Source of the DNA: Gemmatimonadota bacterium
GTDB lineage: Bacteria; Gemmatimonadota; Gemmatimonadetes; Gemmatimonadales; Gemmatimonadaceae
Length of the DNA: 64,000 nucleotides
Reading direction: 5' to 3'
Assembly (NCBI GenBank): GCA_040389905.1
Contig: JAZJZK010000014.1
Location: 32,001 to 96,000, forward strand
The notes beneath the pieces were generated by a model. That model did not search any database. It saw only the letters and a program-made list of their open reading frames with translations, and was not told the DNA's origin. The translations under genes were made by a program, and so were the position numbers. Positions within the stretch are counted from its first letter, which is position 1; every line of letters starts with the position of its first letter. This document shows, piece after piece, positions 38,155 through 48,382 of the stretch.

Positions 38155-40218
38155 TCACGACGCCGCTGACTCCGCTATCCCAGGGAATCTTCCACTCACG
38201 CGTACCCCGCAGAATAGCAAATCTTCGCATTCCCGGGCTGTGATTGGGCGCACAAGGAGGTATCCCTGCCATTCCTCGCAGCGCTGGTCCACGAAGAACT
38301 GGAGTTGCTCAGGGCGTTCAATGCCTTCCGCGATCACGTTCACGCCCAGGGTGAGTCCAAGCGTGATGACTGCGGCAGCGATGGCGCTGTCGTCCGTGTT
38401 GTCCGGAACGCCCTGCACAAAACTCCGGTCGATCTTCAGTGAGTCGATGGGGAACAGGCGCAGGGCGCTCAATGACGAGTAGCCTGTGCCAAGATCATCG
38501 ATGGAAACCCGGACTCCGCGCGCCTTGAGCGCACGGAGGTTGTCCACTGCCCGCCCACTCGATCGCATGGCGATACTTTCTGTAATCTCGAGCTCGAGGG
38601 ACGTGGACGGCAGCCCGGTTTCCGCGAGGATGGCGTCGACCCGAGCTACGAGATCCGGATGTTGAAGTTGTCGCACCGACAGATTCACCGCGGCGCGCAA
38701 CTGGCGGTGCCCGCGCTCACGCCATGCCTGGACCTGTGTGCACGCCGTGCGCAGGACCCATTCACCCATCACGACGATCGCGCCCGTCGCCTCAGCGAGG
38801 GAGATGAAGTCCGCAGGCATGAGCAGTCCGCGCTGCGGGTGATTCCAGCGGACGAGCGCTTCGACGGCGGTGATGTCTCCGGTGCGCGACTGGACGATGG
38901 GTTGGTAGTAGACGACCAACTGCTCCAGCTCGACAGCGTGCTGGAGATTGCTTTCAAGGCCGATCTGCTCGAGCGTTGCCCCGCCCACTTCCGGCATGTA
39001 TCGCTCGACGTTGTCACGCCCCTGGGCTTTCGCGCGGTACATCGCTGCGTCCGCCGTCTTGAGCAGGCTCTCCGGATCGGTGGCATCCTGCGGAAAGAGA
39101 CTGATGCCGAGGCTCGTGGTGACGAACAACTCCTGCCCTTCGACGATGATCGGTCGCTTGACCGCGGCAATGATCCGTTCGGCGAGCATGACGGCGTCAT
39201 CCGGGCTATGTACGGTCGTTGCCAGGACGGCGAACTCGTCGCCACCGAGCCGTGTGACGGAGTCCTCGCCGCGCACGGTGGTCCGAATGCGTTCGGCGAC
39301 GGTCTGGAGGAGCGTGTCGCCCGCGGCATGTCCGAGCGAATCGTTGACGATCTTGAAGCGGTCGAGGTCGAGAAACAACACCGCAGACATCGTCCCGTTG
39401 CGGCGCGCGTGGTGTAGCGCCATGCCGAGCTGGTTGAGAAAGAGCTGTCGGTTGGGCAGTCCGGTGAGCGAATCGTGATACGCAATCCGTTCGATGCGCG
39501 CTGCCGCGTCCATCGTCGCCTGACGCTCTTCCTCGAGTAGCCAGATGACGAGCCCCATCGCAAGCGCGACGTAGAGGATCAGATCGACGAACCCGAGGCT
39601 GGCGAGGTATACGGGATAGCGAAGGCGGAGAGCCGCCGACCCCGCCACGCCGAGGAAGTTTCCCTGCTGAAGAGCCAGGCCGAAGAACGCGCTCATGACG
39701 ACACGCCGGCCAATGCCCCTGGCAATACTGGGCGCTCGGCGAATGAGCACACCCCCGATCGCGAAGGCGACACCGACAGCAATGCGGCGCACGGCGACGC
39801 GAAGGATGAAGAACAGCTCGCGCGGCTGTGTGTCCCAGGCATTCGCGATGACGAGCGCGGCGCCAAGCAGCGTGAACCCGGCGATCAGCAGCTTCGTCGT
39901 CCGCGCTGGGAAGGTACGCCCCGAGGTCAGCTCGGCGGTGCCCAGCACCAGCCAGCCAATTTGCAGATACCCCGCGATTCCTGACGCGAACGCCAGCGCG
40001 AAGCGAACGGGGTTGTTGATGGGAAACCACTCGGAGAGCACCAGTGCGCCCGCGCCGGCTCCGGCGTGCACGGCGAGCGCGACCCAACTCCACGTCCAAT
40101 GCCGGAGGAATGGGCGCCAATACCGGCGCAGCAGTCCTCCGTACACGAACGCTATGAGAACGGCAACACCGGACTGTGCGAACAATCCGGCGACGGACAG
40201 CCAATTGGACAGCGTCAT
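38155..40218 (-). CDS. Membrane-anchored GGDEF-EAL protein
   Basis: About 7 TM segments at the N-terminus; DSLTGLPNR, RLGGDEF, EALVRW, DDLGTGYSS. Confidence 0.93.
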   Translation of the reverse strand: MTLSNWLSVAGLFAQSGVAVLIAFVYGGLLRRYWRPFLRHWTWSWVALAVHAGAGAGALVLSEWFPINNPVRFALAFASGIAGYLQIGWLVLGTAELTSGRTFPARTTKLLIAGFTLLGAALVIANAWDTQPRELFFILRVAVRRIAVGVAFAIGGVLIRRAPSIARGIGRRVVMSAFFGLALQQGNFLGVAGSAALRLRYPVYLASLGFVDLILYVALAMGLVIWLLEEERQATMDAAARIERIAYHDSLTGLPNRQLFLNQLGMALHHARRNGTMSAVLFLDLDRFKIVNDSLGHAAGDTLLQTVAERIRTTVRGEDSVTRLGGDEFAVLATTVHSPDDAVMLAERIIAAVKRPIIVEGQELFVTTSLGISLFPQDATDPESLLKTADAAMYRAKAQGRDNVERYMPEVGGATLEQIGLESNLQHAVELEQLVVYYQPIVQSRTGDITAVEALVRWNHPQRGLLMPADFISLAEATGAIVVMGEWVLRTACTQVQAWRERGHRQLRAAVNLSVRQLQHPDLVARVDAILAETGLPSTSLELEITESIAMRSSGRAVDNLRALKARGVRVSIDDLGTGYSSLSALRLFPIDSLKIDRSFVQGVPDNTDDSAIAAAVITLGLTLGVNVIAEGIERPEQLQFFVDQRCEEWQGYLLVRPITARECEDLLFCGVRVSGRFPGIAESAAS

Positions 40219-40358
40219 CAATTGATGAATGGGAGTGCGCCAGCGGGAATTCGCGGTCAGCCGGCTTCGGCTGTTGCGACTGGCTGGGGCACGAGAATAA
40301 GGTAGAGTTAGCGTGCGTCGTCCGCGAGCCCGCGCTCATTCCGAAAGAGCCACCGTCA

Positions 40359-40562
40359 ATGCCGATCTCGAGCCGCTATCGCGATCCGATCCTGGAACAG
40401 ATCGCCCGCGACACCTTCGCCCTCTTTCCGCACTGCTACCTGTGCGGCCTCCAGATCGAACGATTCGAAGACGCCGACGTCCGCGTTCACGTGCAGCGAG
40501 TCGTTCATCGCGAAGGGTGTCCCACACCGGCGGTCGTCGAAACGACGCTCCCGCCGGAGTGA
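40359..40562 (+). CDS. Small hypothetical protein with possible Zn-binding CxxC...H...C
   Basis: MPISSRYRD...HCYLCG...VHREGC; fills the intergenic gap. Confidence 0.55.
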   Translation: MPISSRYRDPILEQIARDTFALFPHCYLCGLQIERFEDADVRVHVQRVVHREGCPTPAVVETTLPPE

Positions 40563-40571
40563 GGCGGAGTC

Positions 40572-41309
40572 TCAGCTCCGGAGCGCGCCCAGGAGTGGGA
40601 CGAGCGCTCCGAGGAACCACAGGATGACTGCGCCAATCGCGGCCTGCGACCGGGACACCTTCCCCGTCACGGAGAGGCCGATCGCAAGCAGCACGGTCGT
40701 CCAGATCGTGAAGACATCGATACGGCCGACGAGGGCCAAGACGATCTTCGACGATGTGTCCGGATCCATGAAGCGCGACACACCGAGCTTCAAGCTGTTG
40801 AGGCTGGTCAGACTCGAGGGATCGAGCACCAGCAGCTGAACTCCATTCAGCACGGCCTCGAGGATGCGCGGGACATATGAAAACGATGCAACCATGACGG
40901 CGGCTCCCAAGGTCTGCTTCGCGCCGACAAATTTGCCGCAGACCCAGAGGAACAATCCGATCAAGAGGAGGGCGATTGGGATGAAAATGACTCCGCCGAA
41001 GAGCGCGATCTTTTCACCGATCGCCCTCCCCTTTTCCATCATCTCCGCGGTCATCTGCGGATTGGCCTTCATCATGGCCTCGGTCTGACGCGAAAACTCC
41101 GCGTCCAGAATGGGCTGCATCGCGCCGTGGTTTGCCAGGGCGATCGCACTGATCAGCAGCGTGACGACCAACATCGGAATACCGAAGCCGCTGTCTTTTC
41201 GCCGCTCGAAGACGGAACTCGGCGCGTAGAAAATGTCGATGTAGTCTTCCCACCACGAAGCCGGCTTGACCGGCTCCGGTGGTGCGATGGACTCTGATTG
41301 TTCGCTCAT
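40572..41309 (-). CDS. Yip1 family membrane protein
   Basis: IFYAPSSVFER N-terminal motif and about 5 TM segments. Confidence 0.8.
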   Translation of the reverse strand: MSEQSESIAPPEPVKPASWWEDYIDIFYAPSSVFERRKDSGFGIPMLVVTLLISAIALANHGAMQPILDAEFSRQTEAMMKANPQMTAEMMEKGRAIGEKIALFGGVIFIPIALLLIGLFLWVCGKFVGAKQTLGAAVMVASFSYVPRILEAVLNGVQLLVLDPSSLTSLNSLKLGVSRFMDPDTSSKIVLALVGRIDVFTIWTTVLLAIGLSVTGKVSRSQAAIGAVILWFLGALVPLLGALRS

Positions 41310-41391
41310 GAGTTCCCGAGGTAGAAGTCAGGTTGGACCGCGCTCTATTCTGTTGCTCCTCATCGCCCAGCGCAACGGACAGCGCGCGCCG

Positions 41392-41739
41392 TTACACAGG
41401 TTCGATGTACACGGCGGTACCATAACAGAGCACTTCAGTGATGCCCGGCATCAATTCCGTGGCGTCGTAGCGAAGTCCGATAATGGCGTTGCCACCGAGT
41501 TCCCCCCCGTGGGAGATCATGATCTGGAAGGCGTCCATGCGCGCCTGTTCGCACAGATTGACGAGCAGGGTGATGTTTCCCCCGAAGAACGCCTGAAACT
41601 TGACGCCGATCACGCCGAGCACGGACCGCGACCGGACGGTGATGCCGCGCACGACACCCAGCGTTCGAACAACGCGGTAGCCGGGGAACTCCAGACCTGT
41701 GGTGGCGTACGGGGTTTCGTACTTCTGAACTGGGCTCAC
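41392..41739 (-). CDS. YbjQ/UPF0145 family protein
   Basis: LGVVRGITVRSR, GGNAIIGLRYD, EVLCYGTAV. Confidence 0.9.
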   Translation of the reverse strand: MSPVQKYETPYATTGLEFPGYRVVRTLGVVRGITVRSRSVLGVIGVKFQAFFGGNITLLVNLCEQARMDAFQIMISHGGELGGNAIIGLRYDATELMPGITEVLCYGTAVYIEPV

Positions 41740-41754
41740 GGTGTCCTCCCGGGG

Positions 41755-42876
41755 TCATCCCCCGATCGCGGTTTTTACAGCAGTATAGGACGCTTTTTTC
41801 CCAAAGCTGCCGTCAAAGAGTAACGCGCTTCCGTATCCCGGGAAGGTGGCATTCACCCAGGACTCCGTGTCCGTGATCCCCCAGACGACGATGGCTTCAC
41901 ACGCGGGGACCGCCATACATGCCCCCGTAATGTCGCTCCACGCCTTGGTCTGCGCAGCGAGTTCGGCCGCGCTCGCAGTCGTGCGGATTCGTACGTCCAG
42001 CTCCGTCAGGTGGATCTTCATGCCCAGGTTCGCGAAGCGCTGGAAGACGCTCGTCAGCGCCGCCTTGTCGGGGACCCCGCTGCCATCGGCGTTGATCTGG
42101 AAATGCGCCTGAAATCCGATCCCGTCGATGGGCACGCCGCGCGCCTTGAAGTCGGCAATGAGCGCTGCGGCAGAGTCCTGCTTCGCGCCATTGTACTCGA
42201 GGTTGTAGTCATTGTAGAAGAGCAGCGCGGCAGGATCCGCGGCGCGAGCGGCTCTGAACGCGGTCTCGATGTACCCCTTCCCGAGCGTGTTCGACCAGAC
42301 CGACGCCGCGATTGCACCGTTGCCCGTGAACGACTCGTTCACGACATCCCACGCGTAGATCGTTCCCCTGTAGTGCCCCACCACGGAGGTGATGTGGTCC
42401 TTGAGAATCTGCGCGAGTGTGTCGGCACCGAAGCCGCCGTTGATCAGCCACGACGGCATCTGGGAGTTGAGCCACACCAGTGTATGGCCGCGCATCTTCA
42501 TGCCGTTCGCCTGGGCAAAGGCGAGCATCGCGTCACCGCGCGCGTAGTTGAACGTGGCTCGTGCCGGGTGAATGGCATCCCATTTCTGGGCATTTCCGGC
42601 GACGAGCATGCTGAACTCCTTCGATAGCACGGCGTTGTACGTCGCCTGGCCGAAGAGCGCGTCTACCGAGGCACCGACGTAGCGACCCGTCTTCGCCGCC
42701 ACGATGCGGAGCGTGCTGTCCGGGTTGGGCGTCGTCGTCGTGATGCACTTCGTCTGCGTGGGGTCGTCAACACACGTTTTCGGGGTGCTGCCGGGTATCG
42801 TGACGTCTCCGCCGCCACAGGCGGCGAGTGAGGCCAGCAGGACCATCGAAAGCGCAACGCGGCGCGTAGCGCGCAT
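41755..42876 (-). CDS. GH10 endo-1,4-beta-xylanase lipoprotein
   Basis: Lipobox LAAC; RGHTLVW, WDVVNE, YNDYN, IDGIGFQAH, TELD. Confidence 0.93.
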   Translation of the reverse strand: MRATRRVALSMVLLASLAACGGGDVTIPGSTPKTCVDDPTQTKCITTTTPNPDSTLRIVAAKTGRYVGASVDALFGQATYNAVLSKEFSMLVAGNAQKWDAIHPARATFNYARGDAMLAFAQANGMKMRGHTLVWLNSQMPSWLINGGFGADTLAQILKDHITSVVGHYRGTIYAWDVVNESFTGNGAIAASVWSNTLGKGYIETAFRAARAADPAALLFYNDYNLEYNGAKQDSAAALIADFKARGVPIDGIGFQAHFQINADGSGVPDKAALTSVFQRFANLGMKIHLTELDVRIRTTASAAELAAQTKAWSDITGACMAVPACEAIVVWGITDTESWVNATFPGYGSALLFDGSFGKKASYTAVKTAIGG

Positions 42877-43018
42877 GACGAACTCCAGAGCTCAGGGAGG
42901 GTGTCCGGACGATTATGTATCTCTAAATAACAAAATGCGCAAGTTGGCATCGGGAAACTGCGTTCGGTTCGCGGACGTACGCTCCAATAGCACACACACT
43001 GGTACACGGGCGAAACGA

Positions 43019-43288
43019 ATGAACGACGTCGTGGAGTTTGCTGGAGTCGCAACGGTGATCATTGGGCTTGTCGGGTCGCTCTGCTTTATTGGGGTTGTGA
43101 CATTCAGGATGCTCACCAAACCGCGGGCGAAGCCCGCCGCGTTGGCGCGTGCTGAGGACGAGCGCTTTGAACGGCTCCAGCAGTCGGTTGACGCGATCGC
43201 AATCGAAGTCGAGAGAATTGCCGAGGCGCAACGCTTCAGTGCAAAGCTGATGAGCGAGCGGGCCGAACACGGATCGCTGCCGCACTAG
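43019..43288 (+). CDS. Small single-TM coiled-coil protein
   Basis: ATG 43019; TM helix then RLQQSVDAIAIEVERIAEAQRF. Confidence 0.65.
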   Translation: MNDVVEFAGVATVIIGLVGSLCFIGVVTFRMLTKPRAKPAALARAEDERFERLQQSVDAIAIEVERIAEAQRFSAKLMSERAEHGSLPH

Positions 43289-43337
43289 CCAACAGCGGGG
43301 ACACGTTCGCCCAGCGGACTTGTGAGCGCCCGACTCA

Positions 43338-43408
43338 ATGTGACAGATGCCCAGTGGTCAGCCGCAGCCTTCAGAGCAACAGGGGGTGAGGCATTCCAGG
43401 TGCATCGC
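43338..43408. repeat. Half copy of the ~140-bp palindromic element
   Basis: ATGTGACAGATGCCCAGTGGTCAGCCGCAG...CAGGGGGTGAGGCATTCCAGGTGCATCGC matches one arm of 46682-46823. Confidence 0.75.
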
Positions 43409-43460
43409 GAAGTAATTCAGGCGCCTCACCATCTGCTCCCTCTCGCGGTAGCTTTTCGCG

Positions 43461-44210
43461 ATGCCCGCCTCCATGAAATGTCCAGGCTGCGGCGCGCCTG
43501 CCTCCGCTGACGCGGTGCGCTGCGAGTATTGCTCTGCGGCGCTCTCGACTGTTACCTGCCCTTCCTGTTTTGGGCCGATGTTCAAGGGCAGCCGTTTCTG
43601 TGCGCAGTGCGGGGCGAACGCCACGCGGGAAACGCGCTCCGACGGCCCTGCCCCGCCGTGCCCGCGCTGCAAGGAACCGATGCAGGCGCTGCGTCTCGGT
43701 GACACTGACACGATGGAATGCGCCGAGTGCGGAGGACTCTGGCTCGATCCCCCGTCGCTTCAGAAGCTCTGCAGTCAACGCGAACATCACTCGAGCGTCG
43801 TGAGCGCGCTGGCCGCGCATGTGCCGAGGGCCACCGTGGGAACAGAATCGGTGCGCTATATCCCGTGCCCGCGCTGCAAGAAATTGATGAATCGGACGAA
43901 TTTCGCACGCTCGTCGGGAGTCATCCTCGACGTCTGCAAGACGGACGGGGTGTGGCTCGACCGGGGCGAACTGCAGCGTGTCCTCGGCTTCGTGGAGGCG
44001 GGAGGACTCGCGAAACAGCGGAGCCGCGAAATCGAGGAGCTTGCGAACGAACAGCGCCGGCTTGCCGCAATGCAGCGGGGTGAAGGCGAGCGAAAGTACG
44101 ACTCGATCGACGTTGGGTTCACCAGGCGAGGCAAGCATGGCTCGTCGGCAAGTTCCACGGCGCTCGAGAGCGTGCTTCTCGATATCGCGGGGCTATTCAA
44201 CAGCATCTGA
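43461..44210 (+). CDS. Multi zinc-ribbon protein with two zf-TFIIB-like domains
   Basis: CPGC, CEYC, CPSC, CAQC, CPRC...CAECGGLWLD, CPRC...GVWLDRGEL. Confidence 0.8.
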   Translation: MPASMKCPGCGAPASADAVRCEYCSAALSTVTCPSCFGPMFKGSRFCAQCGANATRETRSDGPAPPCPRCKEPMQALRLGDTDTMECAECGGLWLDPPSLQKLCSQREHHSSVVSALAAHVPRATVGTESVRYIPCPRCKKLMNRTNFARSSGVILDVCKTDGVWLDRGELQRVLGFVEAGGLAKQRSREIEELANEQRRLAAMQRGEGERKYDSIDVGFTRRGKHGSSASSTALESVLLDIAGLFNSI

Positions 44211-44340
44211 GTACTGCGAGTGCTTGAACGTTTCGATGTGCGGGAATCAGCGTTGTCAGGTGCTGTCCGGCGCACCCTTCTCCGATAGCGCAGCGGTCCG
44301 GCCTATCTAGCTCGCGCCCCGAAGGTAGTTTTTCCCGCCA

Positions 44341-45672
44341 ATGCCGCAACTGAATCGCTCGATCGGCCTCACCCGCGCGACCGCCATGGTCGTGGGCATC
44401 ATCATTGGTGCCTCGATCTTCGTACAGCCCTCGGCGGTGACGGCACAGGTGCGTTCCGTCTCCGGAGCGCTCCTCGTCTGGGTCGCGGCCGGCGTGCTGA
44501 CCCTCATCGGCTCGCTCATCATCGCCGAACTCTCCTCCGCGTTCCCGCGAACCGGAGGGGTGTATGTCTTTCTTTCGGAAACGTTCTCACCGGCCGTTGG
44601 CTTCCTCTGGGGCTGGGCGATGTTCTGGACGATGCACAGCGGCATCATCGCCGTCATTGCCATGGTGTTCGCGCGATACCTCGGCACGTTCGTCACGCTC
44701 GGCGACGGTGGGCAACGGCTCGTTGCCATTTGTGGCATCGTCACACTGTCTGCGGTGAACTACCTCGGTGTGCGCCACGGCAGCGCCGTGCAGGTGGCGC
44801 TGACATCGATCAAGGTGATCGCGCTCGCGGTCATCGTCGTCGTTGCAGGCGTCCTCGCCCTCACCGGCTCCGCGGGCAACTTTCAGGCGGCGGCCGCGGT
44901 TGCAGAACCGATCTCTGCGCGCGCCTTCATCCTGGCTCTCATCGCCGGCCTCTTCTCCTTCGGGGGTTGGCACATGGTCTCCTATGCCGCGGAGGAGACC
45001 ATCAATCCGTCAGTCACCATCCCGAGGTCACTCGTCATCGGTACGTTGACCGTCACGGCGCTCTATGTCGGGGTGAACGCGGCATATCTCTTCGTGCTGC
45101 CCCTCTCCGTCATCACGACATCGACGCATGTTGCCGCCGACTACGCCGACCTCGTGCTGGGCGGATCGGGGGCGCAGATCATGGCGACGGTGGTCGTGCT
45201 GTCGACGCTGGGCGCGATGAACGGCGTCATTCTCGCCGGACCGCGCGTCTATCTCGCGATGGCGAGCGACGGCCTGCTCTTCAAGTGGGCGGGCGACGTG
45301 CACCCCATCTACCGGACGCCGCACCGTGCGATCGTCCTGCAGGCAGTGTGGTCGTCGGTGCTCGTGCTGACCGGGACCTACAAGGCGCTGTTCACCCGCG
45401 TCGTCTACACCGAGTGGATCTTCTTCGCGCTGCTCGGTGTGGCAACGATGGTGCTCCGGCGCCGCGCGACGTACGCGCCGCCGTACCGTATCTGGGGCTA
45501 TCCCGTTCTGCCTGCGCTTTTCGTCGTCGCCTCGGCGATCATCGTGGCGAATCAGATTTACAACGAGCCGGTCGACAGCGCCGTCGGAGTTGGGCTCGTC
45601 ATTGCCGGACTTCCCGTCTATTACTTCTGGTCACGCAAGACTCAATCGCCCGCTCGGAGTGTTCCCACGTGA
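44341..45672 (+). CDS. APC family amino acid permease
   Basis: IIIGASIF, AELSSAFPRTGGVY, FGGW...AEE, AMASDGLLF. Confidence 0.92.
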   Translation: MPQLNRSIGLTRATAMVVGIIIGASIFVQPSAVTAQVRSVSGALLVWVAAGVLTLIGSLIIAELSSAFPRTGGVYVFLSETFSPAVGFLWGWAMFWTMHSGIIAVIAMVFARYLGTFVTLGDGGQRLVAICGIVTLSAVNYLGVRHGSAVQVALTSIKVIALAVIVVVAGVLALTGSAGNFQAAAAVAEPISARAFILALIAGLFSFGGWHMVSYAAEETINPSVTIPRSLVIGTLTVTALYVGVNAAYLFVLPLSVITTSTHVAADYADLVLGGSGAQIMATVVVLSTLGAMNGVILAGPRVYLAMASDGLLFKWAGDVHPIYRTPHRAIVLQAVWSSVLVLTGTYKALFTRVVYTEWIFFALLGVATMVLRRRATYAPPYRIWGYPVLPALFVVASAIIVANQIYNEPVDSAVGVGLVIAGLPVYYFWSRKTQSPARSVPT

Positions 45673-46646
45673 GAATCATCGACGTCCACAATCATTTCTA
45701 CCCACCCGCGTACATCGACGCCCTGCGTTCCGACACGAGCATCGTGACGGTCAAGATGGACGACGAGGGCAACCCGGAGATTCACTATCCCGGCGACTAC
45801 AACGTTGCCGTTCCGGGACACCGGGACATCGAGTATCGGCACCGCGTGCTCGAGCAGGCGGGGGTCGATACGCAGATCATCACGCTCACGACGCCCGGCA
45901 CGCACGTGGAATCGCCGGAGGTTGCGGTGCGTTTTGCGCGGCTGGTGAACGACGCCTTTGCGCAGGTTGTCGCCGAGCGTGGCCCTCGTTTCGCTGCACT
46001 CGCGACGCTTCCGCTGAATGACCCCGCGGCATCCGTCATCGAATTCCGTCGCGCGATGACGTCCGGTTTTCCGGGCGCCATGCTGTTCTCGAACGTGAAC
46101 GGCGTGTCGCTCGCAGACAAACGGTATGAGCCGCTCTACGAGGCCGCGAACGATGCGCATGCCGTGCTGCATATCCACCCCACGAATCCGATCAACGTGG
46201 ATGCGATGCAGGAATACTGGCTCATGCCACTGGTGGGCTTCCTCTTCGACACGACGATCGCCGCGTCGCACCTGGTCTTCAGCGGCGTTGCCGAGCGGTA
46301 CCCGAACATCAAGTGGGTGTTGAGCCACCTGGGGGGCGCCATTCCGTATCTCGCCGAGCGACTCGATCGGGGGTTCTACGCGTTCAAGGAGTGCCGAGCG
46401 CACATCTCGCGGCCGCCCTCGGAGTATCTCAAGCAGTGGAACTACGACACGGTGAACTTCGACGTGGATGCTTTGGAGTTGGCGATCAAGTTTGCGGGTG
46501 CGGATCACATACTCGCGGGTAGTGACTACCCGCACGCGATCGGCAGTATTCCGGCGATGAAAAAGGCGTTACTCGCGCTCGACGTATCCGATGGCGACCG
46601 AGAGAAGATTCTTGGAGGCAACGCGGCGCGACTGTACCGGCTCTAG
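45669..46646 (+). CDS. Amidohydrolase_2 family protein (ACMSD-like decarboxylase/hydrolase)
   Basis: GTG overlapping the permease stop; IIDVHNH, HIHP, SHLGG, GSDYPH. Confidence 0.88.
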   Translation: MRIIDVHNHFYPPAYIDALRSDTSIVTVKMDDEGNPEIHYPGDYNVAVPGHRDIEYRHRVLEQAGVDTQIITLTTPGTHVESPEVAVRFARLVNDAFAQVVAERGPRFAALATLPLNDPAASVIEFRRAMTSGFPGAMLFSNVNGVSLADKRYEPLYEAANDAHAVLHIHPTNPINVDAMQEYWLMPLVGFLFDTTIAASHLVFSGVAERYPNIKWVLSHLGGAIPYLAERLDRGFYAFKECRAHISRPPSEYLKQWNYDTVNFDVDALELAIKFAGADHILAGSDYPHAIGSIPAMKKALLALDVSDGDREKILGGNAARLYRL

Positions 46647-46681
46647 TGCGTGTGCGCGCGGCGGGCCGGTGTTCACTGGTC

Positions 46682-46823
46682 TCAGATGTGACAGGTGCTC
46701 AGTGATCAGCCGCAGCTTACAGAGCAACAGGGGGTGTGGCGCTCAGGTGCGATGCACCGGGAATGCCACACCCCCTGTCACTCTGTTCGCTGCGGCTGAA
46801 AGCTGAGCACCTGTCACATCTGA
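46682..46823. repeat. ~140-bp palindromic MITE-like element, copy 2
   Basis: Perfect 21-bp terminal IR TCAGATGTGACAGGTGCTCAG; arms pair almost throughout; between convergent genes. Confidence 0.9.
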
Positions 46824-46858
46824 TTTCAGCGCGTACTGAGCCAGAACACCATCGCCGT

Positions 46859-48316
46859 TCAGGGTACGTCCGCCATCTCCTGCTTCTTCGCGAAGTCGTA
46901 TAGCGTCACGCGCCGCAAGTGGTAGTAGGCGGTCCAGTAGTTCCGCAACGCCTGGACGTTTGCGAGTACCGCCGCGTCCTTCTCGCTTTGCGCCAGGTAC
47001 AGCGCATCGTTCGTGATCTTGCCGATGATGTAGCGATTGCGCGCGACTTCGAACTGCTTGCCGGCCACCGTGTCGGCCTTGGCCGAGATGAGGACGTTCC
47101 GCTGCGCCTGCTGCAGGGCAAGAGCGGAGAAACGCGCGTCCTCCTCGAGCGTCTCGCGGCGAATTCGATTGCTTGCGGCGACTCGGCTCTCGTTGGCTTT
47201 CGCGGCCTCGACGTCGGCGCGGCCTGCGCCCCACTGGAGCATCGGAAGGTTCACCCCCACCGTGAGCGTCTGCTTGCCGAGCGGGCTCTGATAGGCGTCG
47301 TTGAAGCCCGCACCCGTCTGGTTGAATCCCGCGCTCGCCTGAATCGACGCGTTGAAACGGTTGTTCGCCTTTGCGTACGCGATGCCACGCTTGACCTGGA
47401 CGTCGTCGAGCTCATTCTGCTGCGTGCTGCTCGAGTTGCGCAGTGCGTGCACGACCGCGGTGTCCGGATGCGCATCGATGATCGGAATCGAGTCCGGGGT
47501 CACGATGGTGAACTGCTGGCCATCGGGATACGCGATGATGCGGCGCAGCGCCGCCTCGGCACGATCGCGCGCAAGCCGCGCGTCGTCCACGGCCGCGCGT
47601 GCCCGGAGAAGGGCGAGCTCGCTCTTGAGCAAGTCGTTCTCTCCGATCTTGCCAACCTCGAAGCGCCCCTTGTTCAGCGTATACAGCGTGTCGTTCACGG
47701 CGACATTGGCCGAGGCATTCTTCAATTGCATCTGCTGCGCGAACAGATTGAAGAACGCATCCGCCGTGTTGCCCGCGACGTCTTCGCGCGCTTCGAGATA
47801 ACCGCGCTCGGCGACACGAGCGCTGAGTGATTGGAGCCGTTCGCGCCAGACGATTTCGCGCGGTTTGAACAGGTCCTGTGACAAGCTGACGATTACCGGC
47901 GTCGTCGAGTAGAGTCGCTTGGTGACCGGATCGAACTGGTCGTAGCGCGCCACCTGTGACCCGACGGAAATCGTTCCACCCGTCAGCGGCATCTGCTGGC
48001 TGAATCCCATCGTCAATGACGACGTATTCTGCGCCTGGCCGACGTAGGTCGTGGTGCCGTCACCGGTGACGACAGGGTTGATGCCGTGATTCAGGTTCGC
48101 CGCATTGCCCTGAAGAAAGAGCTGTGGACGCAAGCGCGCGTTGAAGGCCTCGTCTCCGTAGCGTGCGGCATCGCGTGCGCTGCGCGCAACCTGCGCGGAC
48201 GGTCCCTGCTGCTGCGCCATTTGAATGGCGTCCTGGAGCGTGAGTGTCCGCGGCGCGGCCTGTCCGGAGACGACGACGGGAACGGCGAACGCGATGAAAA
48301 GAGCTGAGAGCTTCAT
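46859..48316 (-). CDS. TolC family outer membrane efflux protein
   Basis: Signal peptide, LTLQDAIQMA, RFEVGK, RYIIGK; downstream of adaptor and permease. Confidence 0.88.
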   Translation of the reverse strand: MKLSALFIAFAVPVVVSGQAAPRTLTLQDAIQMAQQQGPSAQVARSARDAARYGDEAFNARLRPQLFLQGNAANLNHGINPVVTGDGTTTYVGQAQNTSSLTMGFSQQMPLTGGTISVGSQVARYDQFDPVTKRLYSTTPVIVSLSQDLFKPREIVWRERLQSLSARVAERGYLEAREDVAGNTADAFFNLFAQQMQLKNASANVAVNDTLYTLNKGRFEVGKIGENDLLKSELALLRARAAVDDARLARDRAEAALRRIIAYPDGQQFTIVTPDSIPIIDAHPDTAVVHALRNSSSTQQNELDDVQVKRGIAYAKANNRFNASIQASAGFNQTGAGFNDAYQSPLGKQTLTVGVNLPMLQWGAGRADVEAAKANESRVAASNRIRRETLEEDARFSALALQQAQRNVLISAKADTVAGKQFEVARNRYIIGKITNDALYLAQSEKDAAVLANVQALRNYWTAYYHLRRVTLYDFAKKQEMADVP

Positions 48317-48382
48317 GGAGACCCTTCGTGGGAATCACCGTTCGGCGGTGACCGACGGATAGCTGATGGCGGATGGCTGCTC

